The notes below the pieces were generated by a model. That model was not told the origin of the DNA. It saw only the letters and a program-made list of their open reading frames with translations, and did no database searches. From assembly GCA_965243025.1 (NCBI GenBank), contig CBDETY010000003.1:928001-992000 (forward strand): a DNA stretch of 64,000 nucleotides, in the 5' to 3' direction. The position numbers were made by a program, and so were the translations under genes. Position 1 is the stretch's first letter; each line of letters opens with the position of its first letter. Shown here piece by piece: positions 21,060-30,793 of the stretch. This DNA is from Candidatus Latescibacterota bacterium. Lineage in GTDB: Bacteria > Latescibacterota > UBA2968 > UBA8231.

Positions 21060-21608
21060 CTACATTCCCTTCTTGACTGTTCCCCAGGTGGTTGATTTTA
21101 GGGAGGTTGGGACACTCAACCGGGAAAAAACCATTACTTCGATCTCTGGACATCCCAGTGCAAGACAAACGAATACTCCCACTCCCAACCTCAAGGTATC
21201 TCCATCCAATTGGTACAGAAAGAGAGCGGGCTCAGGCGGTGGAGCGTCCCCGCGAAACTCGGCAATCAGCTCCGCAATGGCCTCATCGTCTGGAACTTCG
21301 AGTCCGGCGTCCTCGAATTGCTTGCGTATGAATGCTTCCACCGTCATTCCATCGACAAGAATGTCCCAATCTCCCTCGGGAATGAGACTCAGGGAATCCC
21401 CGGAAGCACTCCAGGTGCCGCGCATGGTGCTTTCCATTGTGAACGCCAAGAGACCTTCTTCCACTTCGGTAATGACCGTGAACGAGAATTCACCGTCTCC
21501 GAGAGTAATGCGGAATTCCGCTTCATTCTCTCGATGCCCGCCCCATTCACCCTGGAGCTGTGCTCCCAACGACATGGGCAACAACATCAAAAGGACTGCT
21601 GATCGCAT
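21060..21608 (-). CDS. Secreted hypothetical protein with TTWGTVK tail
   Basis: RBS AAAGGAG, signal peptide; near-identical copy at 53425-53973. Confidence 0.8.
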   Translation of the reverse strand: MRSAVLLMLLPMSLGAQLQGEWGGHRENEAEFRITLGDGEFSFTVITEVEEGLLAFTMESTMRGTWSASGDSLSLIPEGDWDILVDGMTVEAFIRKQFEDAGLEVPDDEAIAELIAEFRGDAPPPEPALFLYQLDGDTLRLGVGVFVCLALGCPEIEVMVFSRLSVPTSLKSTTWGTVKKGM

Positions 21609-21862
21609 AAGGGTTCTCCTTTCAATCTGATGTATCGGAGAGGCTACCTTGGGGGTTCCGAATTCATCGGTCCGGATGGGGTAACCTCATGATCAATTCA
21701 CGAAATCGATATAACTCAGATTTATCGATAGTGATTTCTACAGAGCTGGGGTCAGGCCGACACCGATCCTTTGCCTTGGTTTTCACGCCAGAAATCAACG
21801 TAGTGGATTTTCAACTACGCCTCCTTGCTGCTGGCTGCACTGTACAGGAAGGAATCAATCTG

Positions 21863-23698
21863 CTATCTGAGATAGAGGAGCCGCCTCGTCTGCACCCCTT
21901 CGGGGTATTGCAGGCGCGTGATATAGACCCCGGCGGCAACCTCCGAACCCCGCTGGTCGCGGGCATCCCAGTGAACCTGGTACACCCCGGTCACCTGATA
22001 CCCATCCACCAGCGTGCGCACCGGCTGTCCGAGGACGTTGTAGATCACCAGCCGCACCGGCGCGGCCTCGGCGAGGTGGTAGGTGATAAGGGTGGTGCTG
22101 TTGAAGGGGTTGGGCACATTGGGGCCCAGCCTGCTGGCCGATGCCACTGCCTTGGCCGCGGCCAGTGATTCGACGCCTGCAATCCTCATGCCGCCGCCCA
22201 GGGTCAGTTCCAGAACCTGGCGCCTGCCGCGGTTGAGGGGAATGCTGTGCCACTGACCGACGACTTCGCCGTCGGCATTGCGGGCCCGGGCTTGGTAGAA
22301 ACCACTCACCTGCCTCCCGCCGGAAAGAGTCAGGGACGCCTGGCCGTCCGCATCGGTGACCGCGTTCCAGGCGAAATGGCGGGAACGACCGGCGATGGCG
22401 CGGGAAAACTCGACGGTCAACCCCTCGACGGCGTCGCCCAGAACTGTGACCTTCACTTCCGTGCGGGGACCCTCCGCGACAACTTCGGGTGCTTCGGGTT
22501 CACTCCCGTAGAAACCGGACCCGATGACGTAGTGAGTTGGGACTGCGCTTCCGTCCGGCCTTTGGATTTGACCGGTGAACTCGCGGGCGTAGCCCACCTT
22601 GGGGACGTCGGCTCTGTCGGTGTCGTCAGTGGGATCGTCGAAATAATACTCCACGAAGCCGCCTTCCGGGCTGCTGGCCGCCGCGTCGATGACCTGCGGC
22701 AGAACGAGATGTCCGCTCACGACATCCCGGACAGTCGCTACCAGAGGTTGAAGCTCGAATCTATTCGGAAACGCGCCGTGAAGTAGAATCGTGTTGCTGG
22801 TACGATCCAGGATGTAGAGGTACACCGAACCATGTCTCCAGGGCCCGTTCGGATCCCGAAAGGCTGTCCTGACCTTCGAGATAGCGCTTATACCTCCAGT
22901 TTCGTAGGCGGCGCGAAAGTAGATCATCGCTTGCGTGACGAAGGCCTTCAAGGTTTCGCGGTCCACCACGTCCCTGGCAGTAACGGACGGGTCGCCATAC
23001 TCGATCTCTTCTTCAGCCAGGTGAGTTTCATTGAGATCGAAGCCGGCGAGTATCACGATTGGGGTCTGAAAACCGAGTGAAAAGTAGACCCCGGCATGGC
23101 CGGAGCCGCCTGGAATACCTTCACTTAGACCTGGAATAGGGGTGGTCGCATCGAATGCGCCGTCCGGTTCCTCCATCAATGTGCTCATGACGGCGCCGAA
23201 AGCCTGGGCGGCGGTAGCAGGATCGGGAGACGCCAGGTTGGCCAGATCCGAAATCGATACGCCCAGCCCGGAAAGAATCGCTCCATAAATCACCGGGTTG
23301 AGCAGCCTGCCCGACAAGGACATGTCCTTCGAGTGAATGAACACCCTTCCGTCGGGCGTCAGGCTCACGAGGTACGTGGAACCGGAACGCCAGATCCCAT
23401 CGTCCTGCCTTGTGCGACATCCGATGTATGCCGCTCGTTCAAGAGTCGGTTGTCCCCGGGACTCGCTCCTGAAGAAATCTCTCGCGGCCAGCGCGAATTC
23501 CTTCAGGCTCGCGTTGCCGTCTTCAACCTGCTGCGCCGTCACACGAGGGTCATCAAGAGGCGTCACGCCGGGCGGGAGTGGACACGCTTCCTGCGTCTGC
23601 CCCAAAGTGGGGCGGGCATTTGAAAAGACGCCGGCGAGCACGAGGAGGCCGACCACAAGCACCGATGTCGAGGTGGCCAATGTCCCGGCTTTCATCAT
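21863..23698 (-). CDS. Secreted protein with Cache-like domains and FlgD-like Ig tail
   Basis: Signal peptide; sCache_2-like 'GPWRHGSVYLYILD...HGAFP...EGGFVEYYFDDP...KVGYA...VIGSGFY'; tail 'NVPNPFN...GVYITRL...RRLLYLR'. Confidence 0.75.
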   Translation of the reverse strand: MMKAGTLATSTSVLVVGLLVLAGVFSNARPTLGQTQEACPLPPGVTPLDDPRVTAQQVEDGNASLKEFALAARDFFRSESRGQPTLERAAYIGCRTRQDDGIWRSGSTYLVSLTPDGRVFIHSKDMSLSGRLLNPVIYGAILSGLGVSISDLANLASPDPATAAQAFGAVMSTLMEEPDGAFDATTPIPGLSEGIPGGSGHAGVYFSLGFQTPIVILAGFDLNETHLAEEEIEYGDPSVTARDVVDRETLKAFVTQAMIYFRAAYETGGISAISKVRTAFRDPNGPWRHGSVYLYILDRTSNTILLHGAFPNRFELQPLVATVRDVVSGHLVLPQVIDAAASSPEGGFVEYYFDDPTDDTDRADVPKVGYAREFTGQIQRPDGSAVPTHYVIGSGFYGSEPEAPEVVAEGPRTEVKVTVLGDAVEGLTVEFSRAIAGRSRHFAWNAVTDADGQASLTLSGGRQVSGFYQARARNADGEVVGQWHSIPLNRGRRQVLELTLGGGMRIAGVESLAAAKAVASASRLGPNVPNPFNSTTLITYHLAEAAPVRLVIYNVLGQPVRTLVDGYQVTGVYQVHWDARDQRGSEVAAGVYITRLQYPEGVQTRRLLYLR

Positions 23699-23699
23699 G

Positions 23700-23880
23700 A
23701 GGGTTCTCCTTCTCGCAAATGACAAGTTCATTTAGTGACTACGGAATGGTTGTCCGCTATGTATCTCCAGGCATCCCAGGCTGACGCTTCCCCCCACCAA
23801 ACCGGTTGGCGCTACTTGAGGTAACAGACTGGCGCGATTGCACTCCTTCCGGATACTGGCAGCCGCACGATTTGAGGGAC
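23700..23880 (-). promoter_or_regulatory. Conserved 5' leader, candidate structured RNA, copy B
   Basis: Homologous to 20555-20745 and directly upstream of the RBS. Confidence 0.55.
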
Positions 23881-24247
23881 TCTCCCGAGAGGAAACCGGC
23901 TGCGACCCGAATTACTGGGCCGAGTAAATATAACTCCCCATGAGTGGGAAACTGGTGGAAATTAGGGTCATTTCAGTGAATTCTTTATGGAAAGTTGGTG
24001 GAAAATAGACGTTCCGGGCGGTTTGGCTTGAAATCAGGCCCCGACAAGAAGAGGACAGGATGAAACCGGCTGGGGAGATGGAACGAGACAACAAGGCCCT
24101 TCGGGAGCCGTTGACCCCGCTGAGTCAGGCCAGTTCTGCGCATCAACGGATTCTGCCCTGCCACATTTCATACCTGACAGGAAATCAGGCTGATTCTACC
24201 GGCTAAAGGATAGGCGCAACGGATTGCACCTACCCCTCGGTCGGCAT

Positions 24248-24331
24248 CTACCGGCTGCGCCAGTGGTTCAGGACGATCTGAATCCCCTCCAGCGCGACTT
24301 CCAGCAGAATCGCCAACCACCTTGGCATCAT
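24248..24331 (-). CDS. 27-aa amphipathic peptide
   Basis: MMPRWLAILLEVALEGIQIVLNHWRSR; ATGA overlap with upstream ORF; GGAAGGGG RBS. Confidence 0.5.
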   Translation of the reverse strand: MMPRWLAILLEVALEGIQIVLNHWRSR

Positions 24332-24516
24332 GAGCTATCACCCCCTTCCTGTGGTGGGTCTTTCCGGATGAACCTCCCGGTTTCGTCCCGCACTCTGCGC
24401 TGGGCAGCCCGCTGGGCAGCCCGGCTTCTCGGGCTGGGTCCTTCCGGATCTACGCCGTTCTGGATGTCGTTGTCAGGGATACCGGAGGTGTCCCGTGGAT
24501 CGGGTTCCGGTTTCAT
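24328..24516 (-). CDS. Small hypothetical protein with RDxxGRF motif (phage-like)
   Basis: ATGA overlaps on both sides; RVRDETGRFI. Confidence 0.55.
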   Translation of the reverse strand: MKPEPDPRDTSGIPDNDIQNGVDPEGPSPRSRAAQRAAQRRVRDETGRFIRKDPPQEGGDSS

Positions 24517-24716
24517 CCCGAAGTCGCGACGACAACCGACAGCTTGTCCTTTACCTTGGCTTTGATCCACTCGGTATGGACCTTGTTGAGGGCCAGCTTG
24601 TAGAGGTACACCCCCGCCTCTCGGGCCGCGACCACGGCGATGACTTTGACAACGGGTTTCAGGGAGTTCAGCAGTTTCCGCTGGTCGCCGTTGCCGGTGA
24701 GGGGATTGGGAATCAT
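24513..24716 (-). CDS. Small basic hypothetical protein (67 aa)
   Basis: RBS GAAGGAG; ATGA coupling to next ORF. Confidence 0.6.
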   Translation of the reverse strand: MIPNPLTGNGDQRKLLNSLKPVVKVIAVVAAREAGVYLYKLALNKVHTEWIKAKVKDKLSVVVATSG

Positions 24717-24733
24717 GATGGTTCTCCTTCGCG

Positions 24734-24943
24734 TCAAATGTCCTTCGGACGCCCGGGGGTCTTTCCTCCGGCCTCCCGGGACAGCAGTTCGATGAGTTGC
24801 CTTGCCCGGCCTGCGGGCAGGATGATTTCGTAGGTGCCGCCTCCCTGGCGGTCGCCTTGAACGGAGATGCCAGGTATCTGAAGTCCCGAAAGGAAGGTGC
24901 ATTCCTCTACGGTCTGGATCTCCACCGTGCGATGTTCGACCAT
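24734..24943 (-). CDS. Small hypothetical protein (69 aa)
   Basis: RBS GAAAGGA, MVEHRTVEIQ...; first gene of the four-ORF run. Confidence 0.6.
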   Translation of the reverse strand: MVEHRTVEIQTVEECTFLSGLQIPGISVQGDRQGGGTYEIILPAGRARQLIELLSREAGGKTPGRPKDI

Positions 24944-24983
24944 GCGGTTCCTTTCTTTGAGCGGTTGATGGTGCTGGAAGAGC

Positions 24984-25017
24984 ACAAAAAAGCCCCCGGC
25001 CTTCGAAGAGGCGGGGA
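24984..25017 (-). terminator. Rho-independent terminator after the IS1595 transposase
   Basis: Minus strand ccccgcctcttcgaaggccgggggc followed by TTTTTT. Confidence 0.6.
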
Positions 25018-25038
25018 GCAGCGAGGGCCTGGCTATTT

Positions 25039-26031
25039 CTATTTGACCAGATCCCGATACAGCAGCCGTTTCCCCACCATCCGGGCCACCAGGTCTTCCA
25101 TCTGCTCCAGGGTGTCCTTGTCGCGGATGTTGTGCCGTCCGACGAACTCGTCGATGTATCGCTGCAGGTGCTTGGGGGACATTTTGTGATAGGTCCCCTT
25201 GTAGGCTCGCTTGATCATGGACCAGAAGCTTTCGATGCCGTTGGTGTGGGACCCATCGGTAGAGAACTGGCCTTTCGAATGGATGACGAACTCGGATTTC
25301 CCCGGCCACTGGAAATCCTTCAAGGCACTGGCCCCGTCGCTGTACAGGGTGCCGTTTGCTCTCAGGTGCTTCTTGGCAAACGCTTGCAGAATGTCGGCCG
25401 TTTCGGCAGGAACCACGCTCGCGGCGACCTTGCCGGTTTTCCGGTCCTTCATGCCCACGACGATGGTTTTTCCCTCCCTCCATCGTTCCCGCAGTCTCTT
25501 GTCGGCGTGCTTGTTGGCCTCCTTTCCGCCGAAATAGGCCTGGTCGATCTCGCCTCTCCGGCTTGAGAGCTTCTCCTGGTCCGACCAGGCCTCGCGGATG
25601 CGGTGGGCCATGAACCAGGCCGTTCTCTGGGTAACCTGGAGGTCCCGGTGCAGCTTCAGGCTGGACACGCCCTTGAGGCTGGACAGGAACAGGTAGATGG
25701 CGATCACCCATTTCTGCAGGGGCACCTTGGAGTGGGACAGCACGGTTCCGGTGCGAACGCCAAACCGCATTCGGCAATCCCCGCAGTGATAGGGCATCGG
25801 CCTGCGGTGGGGGCATTCGGTAATCATGCCGCAGCATCCGCAGTGGGGGCAGTGGATGTGCTTGCCCCATCTGACTTCTTCAAACCACTTCTCCGCGGCC
25901 GCGTCGTCGGGGAACCTGGCGAACAGCTCGATCAGGGATACGCCTTTCCGGTCGTTCCTTCCCGGGCCTTCGGGGACGAGCCCCCTGCCGGCTTTGGACC
26001 AGCGGCCCAGGAATCGTTTCAGGATTTTCAT
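25039..26031 (-). CDS. IS1595-family transposase (intact ORF; terminal IRs not found by eye)
   Basis: CPHCG/CGDC Zn ribbon, EIDQAYFGGK, LYSDG, HTNGIESFWS, HLQRYIDEF; RBS AAAAGGA. Confidence 0.88.
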   Translation of the reverse strand: MKILKRFLGRWSKAGRGLVPEGPGRNDRKGVSLIELFARFPDDAAAEKWFEEVRWGKHIHCPHCGCCGMITECPHRRPMPYHCGDCRMRFGVRTGTVLSHSKVPLQKWVIAIYLFLSSLKGVSSLKLHRDLQVTQRTAWFMAHRIREAWSDQEKLSSRRGEIDQAYFGGKEANKHADKRLRERWREGKTIVVGMKDRKTGKVAASVVPAETADILQAFAKKHLRANGTLYSDGASALKDFQWPGKSEFVIHSKGQFSTDGSHTNGIESFWSMIKRAYKGTYHKMSPKHLQRYIDEFVGRHNIRDKDTLEQMEDLVARMVGKRLLYRDLVK

Positions 26032-26550
26032 GAGTTCCTTTTTCTGGTGAGATGGGGGGGGGAGCGGGTTGCCGGGACCGACCCCCCGCGAGCCGTTCGG
26101 TGCCCTGGCAGATTGAAACCGGGCGGCAACGGGTGTCCCGCTCTTTATACAATTACATGGGCCTCGTACATGGGCCTCGAGTTCTTTCATGGATCCACCC
26201 CGATGGCCATGAGCGGCTCTGGATTTCCGCCGTTCACGGACGAGGGGGGGCACGGCTCGGTCACACACGGCCCCGGTTTTTCCAAGCCTGATCCTCGGAG
26301 ACTGGGAAGCTGACTTTTGTCGGTGTTCACCGACCGAAGGCGCCGTCGTACCCGGTTCGATTCTACCTGGCTGGATGCCCTCGCTGCCGAAGCGACACGG
26401 CACGGGTGAGACGGCGATTCGACGCCCCCTGCGCATGAGCATTTCCTACGGGATCGACATTGATCTGGTTCTTCGGCAAGGGGCAGACGATACGGCATGG
26501 CTGAACCCGGCCACGACCCTTCCGGGATCCTGACGGGAGAGAAATCAAAA

Positions 26551-26988
26551 TCAGAGGATCCCCAGCTCCTTCATGGAAACATGGCCCCCGGGTGGAGCGA
26601 CGACGACATGATCGAGCACCTGAATCCCCATAAGCCCGCCAGCCTCGACAAGACGGTGCGTGAGATCGATGTCTTCCTTGGAGGGCGCCGGATCTCCGGA
26701 GGGGTGGTTGTGCGCCAGAATGATGCTGGTGGCTCCCTTCAGGATCGCTGCCTTGAACACCTCGCGGGGATGGACGAGGGAAGCGTTCTGACTGCCGATG
26801 GAGGTCGTCTCATGGGCGACTACGCGATTGCGCGTGTCGAGGTGCAGGACGACGAATACCTCCCGGTCGGCTGAGGCTATGTCGAGGGTATCCAGGTAGG
26901 CGAGCACCTCGTTGGGACTGGTCAGCGGCTCTGAGCATACGTCCTGCCAGATTTGCCGCACCTTGCGTTCTACGACTTCGAGTTTCAT
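26551..26988 (-). CDS. radC: RadC-like JAB-domain protein
   Basis: VHPREVF, AHNHPSGDPAPSKED, VLDHVV. Confidence 0.92.
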   Translation of the reverse strand: MKLEVVERKVRQIWQDVCSEPLTSPNEVLAYLDTLDIASADREVFVVLHLDTRNRVVAHETTSIGSQNASLVHPREVFKAAILKGATSIILAHNHPSGDPAPSKEDIDLTHRLVEAGGLMGIQVLDHVVVAPPGGHVSMKELGIL

Positions 26989-27217
26989 GGGGTCCTTTTT
27001 TCTGGTGAGATGCCGTCAGTTCATGTTTTCCATCCCCCCTTCTTGTTCTGCCACAGGGGGTTGCGTATAACAGGTGCCGCATTACGTTCCGGTTTTTCAG
27101 GACAGGCGATCAGGAAAGACCGCCGGGAGTGATTCAAAGAGGAGGGCAGCCTGGAGTCTTCGAATTACCCAGGCATGCTATTCAGCAAGGTCCCTGACCG
27201 CATCACTTCATCAGGGA

Positions 27218-27529
27218 CTACCGTTCCGGAACCAGAGCAGATTCCAGATCCTTGAATACCTGCAGAAGCGCCCCTTTCGCCTTGGCCTGCACCTCGCAGG
27301 AGCTGATTTCGGGAGTGTCGTGATACACCAGCACCGTCAGTTTTTCCTGGCGCGGGTAGATCTCGTATTCGAAAGAGGGTCCAGGCTGAAGGGGAGGCTG
27401 GTAGAGGACCAGGGCAATCTCCACCTCGGTAACGTATTTCCCTGCCGGCGGCGCGAAGATGCCGTCGGCAAATCGGTTGGGGTTGACCCTCTCGGTCTTA
27501 CCCGGCAGGGCGCTGATCCGTTCGGTCAT
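27218..27529 (-). CDS. Hypothetical protein
   Basis: RBS AGAAAGGA; 103-aa ORF; no recognised domain. Confidence 0.5.
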   Translation of the reverse strand: MTERISALPGKTERVNPNRFADGIFAPPAGKYVTEVEIALVLYQPPLQPGPSFEYEIYPRQEKLTVLVYHDTPEISSCEVQAKAKGALLQVFKDLESALVPER

Positions 27530-27555
27530 GAAGGTCCTTTCTTTGACAGGAGAAG

Positions 27556-27906
27556 ATGATGAAGCGGCTGCAGCCGTCTGAAGAACTGGCTGCCATTATC
27601 GGACACGAGCCGATGCTCCAGGCTCAGGTCGTCGAAGGATACTGGAGCTACATCCGGGAGAACGGTTTACAGGACGCGAGGAATCCGCGAAGGATCAAAG
27701 CAGACGAAAACCTCGGGAGGATCTTCGGCGGCCAGGATCAGGTGACCCTGTTCGAGTTGACCAGGCTGATCAACGGACACCCGTTCGTCTGCCCTGAAGC
27801 CAAACAGAACAGGCGAAATCAGAGAACCGCCAGCATCGACGTTACCTGTGGAAGCAGCGGAGTCCGAATTGATATCGGGGTCCCTTGCGAACGGTCAGTC
27901 TCTTGA
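27556..27906 (+). CDS. SWIB/MDM2-domain protein
   Basis: LQPSEELAAIIG...YWSYIRENGLQD...IKADENL..IFG...VTLFEL matches the SWIB consensus; RBS AGGAG. Confidence 0.8.
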   Translation: MMKRLQPSEELAAIIGHEPMLQAQVVEGYWSYIRENGLQDARNPRRIKADENLGRIFGGQDQVTLFELTRLINGHPFVCPEAKQNRRNQRTASIDVTCGSSGVRIDIGVPCERSVS

Positions 27907-27922
27907 TAAACGAGAAGAACGA

Positions 27923-29325
27923 ATGACCCCGGCCATTTTCATTTTCGGAGGTTGCCTCCTGCTCGCGGCAGGGGCGGCTATCGGGACCGACTGCGAAAAT
28001 TGGAACACCGAGGAGTTTTTAAATACCGCAACAGTTGACGAGGTGACCGGTTGCCTTCAGGCCGGTGCCGACCCTGCTTCACGTGATGAAGATGGCAATA
28101 CTCCCCTTCATTGGGCGGCTGGGGTTGAAACAGTCGCCGTCACTACCGTTCTGCTGAACGCCGGGGCGGACCTGAACGCACAAAACAATCGTGGCAACAC
28201 CCCTCTGCACGAAGCGGCGGCTTGGAATAAAGATCCCTCCGTTATTACTGCCTTTCTGCACGCAGGTGCTGACCTGAAAGGACGGAACAAAATCGGTAGC
28301 ACCCCTCTACATCGAGCTGTGGTGTGGAATCAGAATCCCGCCGTCGTCTCTGTTCTCCTGAATGCGGGGGCCGACCCCAACGCACGGGACGATAAGGGCC
28401 ACAGTCCTCTGTATTTAGAGGTGTTGGGTAACCAAGATCCCGCCGTTGTCTCTGTTCTGCTGAAGGCAGGTGCCGACCCCAACGCACGGAACAAAATCGG
28501 GCACACTCCTCTACATCTTGCTGCTTGGAAAGGAGAAGAACACTCCATCATTTCTGCCTTGGCCGAGGCTTCCCAATTGAGCATCACCACCGAGATAGAG
28601 GAAGAAGCCGCTGTCATCACGGCTTTGCTGGACGCTGGGGCGAATCCAAACGCAAGGGACAAAAACGGCAACACTTCCCTGCACTTGGTTGCGGCGCGGA
28701 AGAAAAACCCCCCCCCATAACCGCCCTTCTGAACGCCGGTGCCGACCCGAAGGCGCGAAATCAATTCGGGGACACACCTCTACATTGGGCGGCCAATGCG
28801 AACGGGAATCCTGCCGTCATCAATGTCTTGCTAAACGCCGGCGCAGACTTGAACGCGCGAAATCAATTCGGCGACACGCCACTCCATTTGGCGATCAAGG
28901 GCAATATACATACCTCAATGACAATCTTTCTGGATTCCCTGTTTAAAAAGGGAGTCGGCCCGAACAAGAACCCCGAAATCATTTCAGCTCTGCTTATTTC
29001 CGGAGCGGGTCGCAACACACGAGATGAATTCGGTCAAACCCTTTTGCATCTTGCTGCCGGGCAAAACCAAAATCCCGAGGTCATTTCCGTCCTCATAAAA
29101 GTCGGAGCCGACCCCAACGCTGGTGACAACAACAGCAACACTCCATTGCATTTGGCAGCCAAGTTCAACCAAAACCCTGCCGTCATTATCTCGCTCTTGG
29201 ACGCCGGTGCCGATCCGGCTGCTGGAAACGCTGAGGGTAAAATCCCGTGGGACTTTGCGGAGGAAAACGAGGCGCTCCAGAAAACCGACGCTTATTGGCG
29301 GCTGAACGACGCGAAATTCGAATAA
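27923..29325 (+). CDS. Secreted ankyrin-repeat protein split by a frameshift in a C9 tract (28708-28716)
   Basis: Signal peptide; repeated G.TPLH.AA...NPAV...LL.AGADPNAR; the two ORFs join if the tract is C10 or C7. Confidence 0.85.
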
Positions 29326-29450
29326 GCCAGAACCCAAGAGGGCAACTTTCTCCGCCGGGGGAGAAATGCCGGGGACGCACCGGTTGGGGTTCACCCTCTC
29401 GGTCTGAGCAAACCCGGCATCTTGCGACCGTTAAAAGGAGAGGTTGCCCG

Positions 29451-29543
29451 ATGAGAAGGTTCCTTTTGAAAAGGTTCCTATTGGCCGCTCTGATTGCCGT
29501 GGTGGCGGCCATTGTTCTTACGGTGCTGCGAGTGATTCCATAA
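29451..29543 (+). CDS. 30-aa single-TM peptide (type I toxin-like)
   Basis: RBS AAAGGAGAGG; MRRFLLKRFLLAALIAVVAAIVLTVLRVIP; paralogue at 30411. Confidence 0.65.
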   Translation: MRRFLLKRFLLAALIAVVAAIVLTVLRVIP

Positions 29544-29560
29544 GGGCGTTCCATGTCCGG

Positions 29561-29833
29561 TCATCCTTTCTTCACCGCCATTTTCCTGATCTCCTCCAGG
29601 GCGGTGTCCAGATACGGATCCATGATACCCTCGGATTCTCCCAACAACTCCAGCAGTGCGAAGGTGAGGCATATAGCCTGCACGGCCGACACCGGGAGGG
29701 CGATCCCTCCCATCTCGGGGTGCCGGAAGAAGATGGCAATACAGGCTGGATCTACGTCCGCCATCAGGTGAACTTTCTCGAAGGCCACGTCCTGATATAC
29801 GGATTCGATTTTGCTTCTCGTTTCGTGGTTCAT
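29561..29833 (-). CDS. Hypothetical protein (90 aa)
   Basis: RBS GAAAGGA, MNHETRSKIE.... Confidence 0.55.
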   Translation of the reverse strand: MNHETRSKIESVYQDVAFEKVHLMADVDPACIAIFFRHPEMGGIALPVSAVQAICLTFALLELLGESEGIMDPYLDTALEEIRKMAVKKG

Positions 29834-30070
29834 TGACTGTATTCCTTTCCCGGAAAGGGGGATTTGGCTAAGGAAACGAAGGGTGGCCAGCCCCAAGGGT
29901 CGAAGCCCTGTGGGGGGATGCATCAGAGAACCGTTACAGGACCGGAGGAACCGGCGAAGGATGCAGGCCGACGACTATTTCGGGAGCATCTTCAGCCGGC
30001 AGGGTAGGGTGATTTTCGAGTTGACTTGGGGGTCAACCAACACCTGTTCGTCTGCCCTGAGGGCGAAGCG

Positions 30071-30300
30071 GTGACGGACGAAGAGCTGGGGAGGGAGTTC
30101 GAAGAACAGGTGCTGGCGTCGCCTTACGAAACCCTGGGATGCTCGCCGGAGATGTCCAACAAGGAACTGGAACGGGAATTCAGGGAGTTATGCCAGGAGT
30201 ATCCCCCGGACAGGGCTGTCCGGCCAGGAGATTCCCGCAGGTATCGTCATGCTGGCCGAGGAGCGGTTCCAGGAGATTCAAAGCGCTTACGAAGTCGTGG
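30071..30300 (+). pseudogene. Degenerate DnaJ J-domain (DjlA-like C-terminus)
   Basis: SPYETLG...KELEREFRELCQEYPPDR (HPD to PPD), frameshift, LAEERFQEIQSAYE. Confidence 0.6.
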
Positions 30301-30410
30301 TGCCCTCCCGGAGCTGATCCCGTCTGCCCGTACCCATCCTTCGATCTTTGGAGAGGTGAAGAACCAGCGATTCCCCGGCACCTTGGGAACCGTGAAGAAG
30401 GAGTTGGCCG

Positions 30411-30488
30411 GTGAGAAGGTTCCTTATTGCCGCTCTGGTTGCCGTGGCGGCGGCCATTGTTCTTACGATGCTGCGAGTGATTCCATGA
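30411..30488 (+). CDS. 25-aa single-TM peptide, paralogue of 29451
   Basis: RBS GAAGGAG, GTG start; MRRFLIAALVAVAAAIVLTMLRVIP. Confidence 0.6.
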   Translation: MRRFLIAALVAVAAAIVLTMLRVIP

Positions 30489-30793
30489 GTAGCAGGGCGA
30501 AGTAGGCTTCGCGGAAATCCCCGATCAGCTATTTCGGGTGGCATTCCAGTGCAAGCTGGAGGAGGACAACCTCGGAATCCGCAAAGTCGAAGAAGCGGCG
30601 ATTTGGCTTCGATTTCTTCGCTCTTTCCATTCGACGGAGGCAGAGGGAACCGAAAGGGGGTCCTGACGAACCGGCAAAATGCGGGAGTGCTCTTTCCGGC
30701 TCAAGAAGACTGCGCGCGAAGGCGCAGTTTCAATAGACGAACAAGAGGCTCCGGCCCATTGCCTTCCAGCCTGCTCGATTCCCCCTGCCGCAA

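Noticed and set aside
26079-26119. Second CRISPR repeat
   Set aside because: Only GATTGAAAC and a C-run match, with wrong spacing; mentioned as a loose similarity, not called.
26032-26442. N-terminal extension of the IS1595 ORF
   Set aside because: Not protein-like; clear RBS and ATG at 26031.
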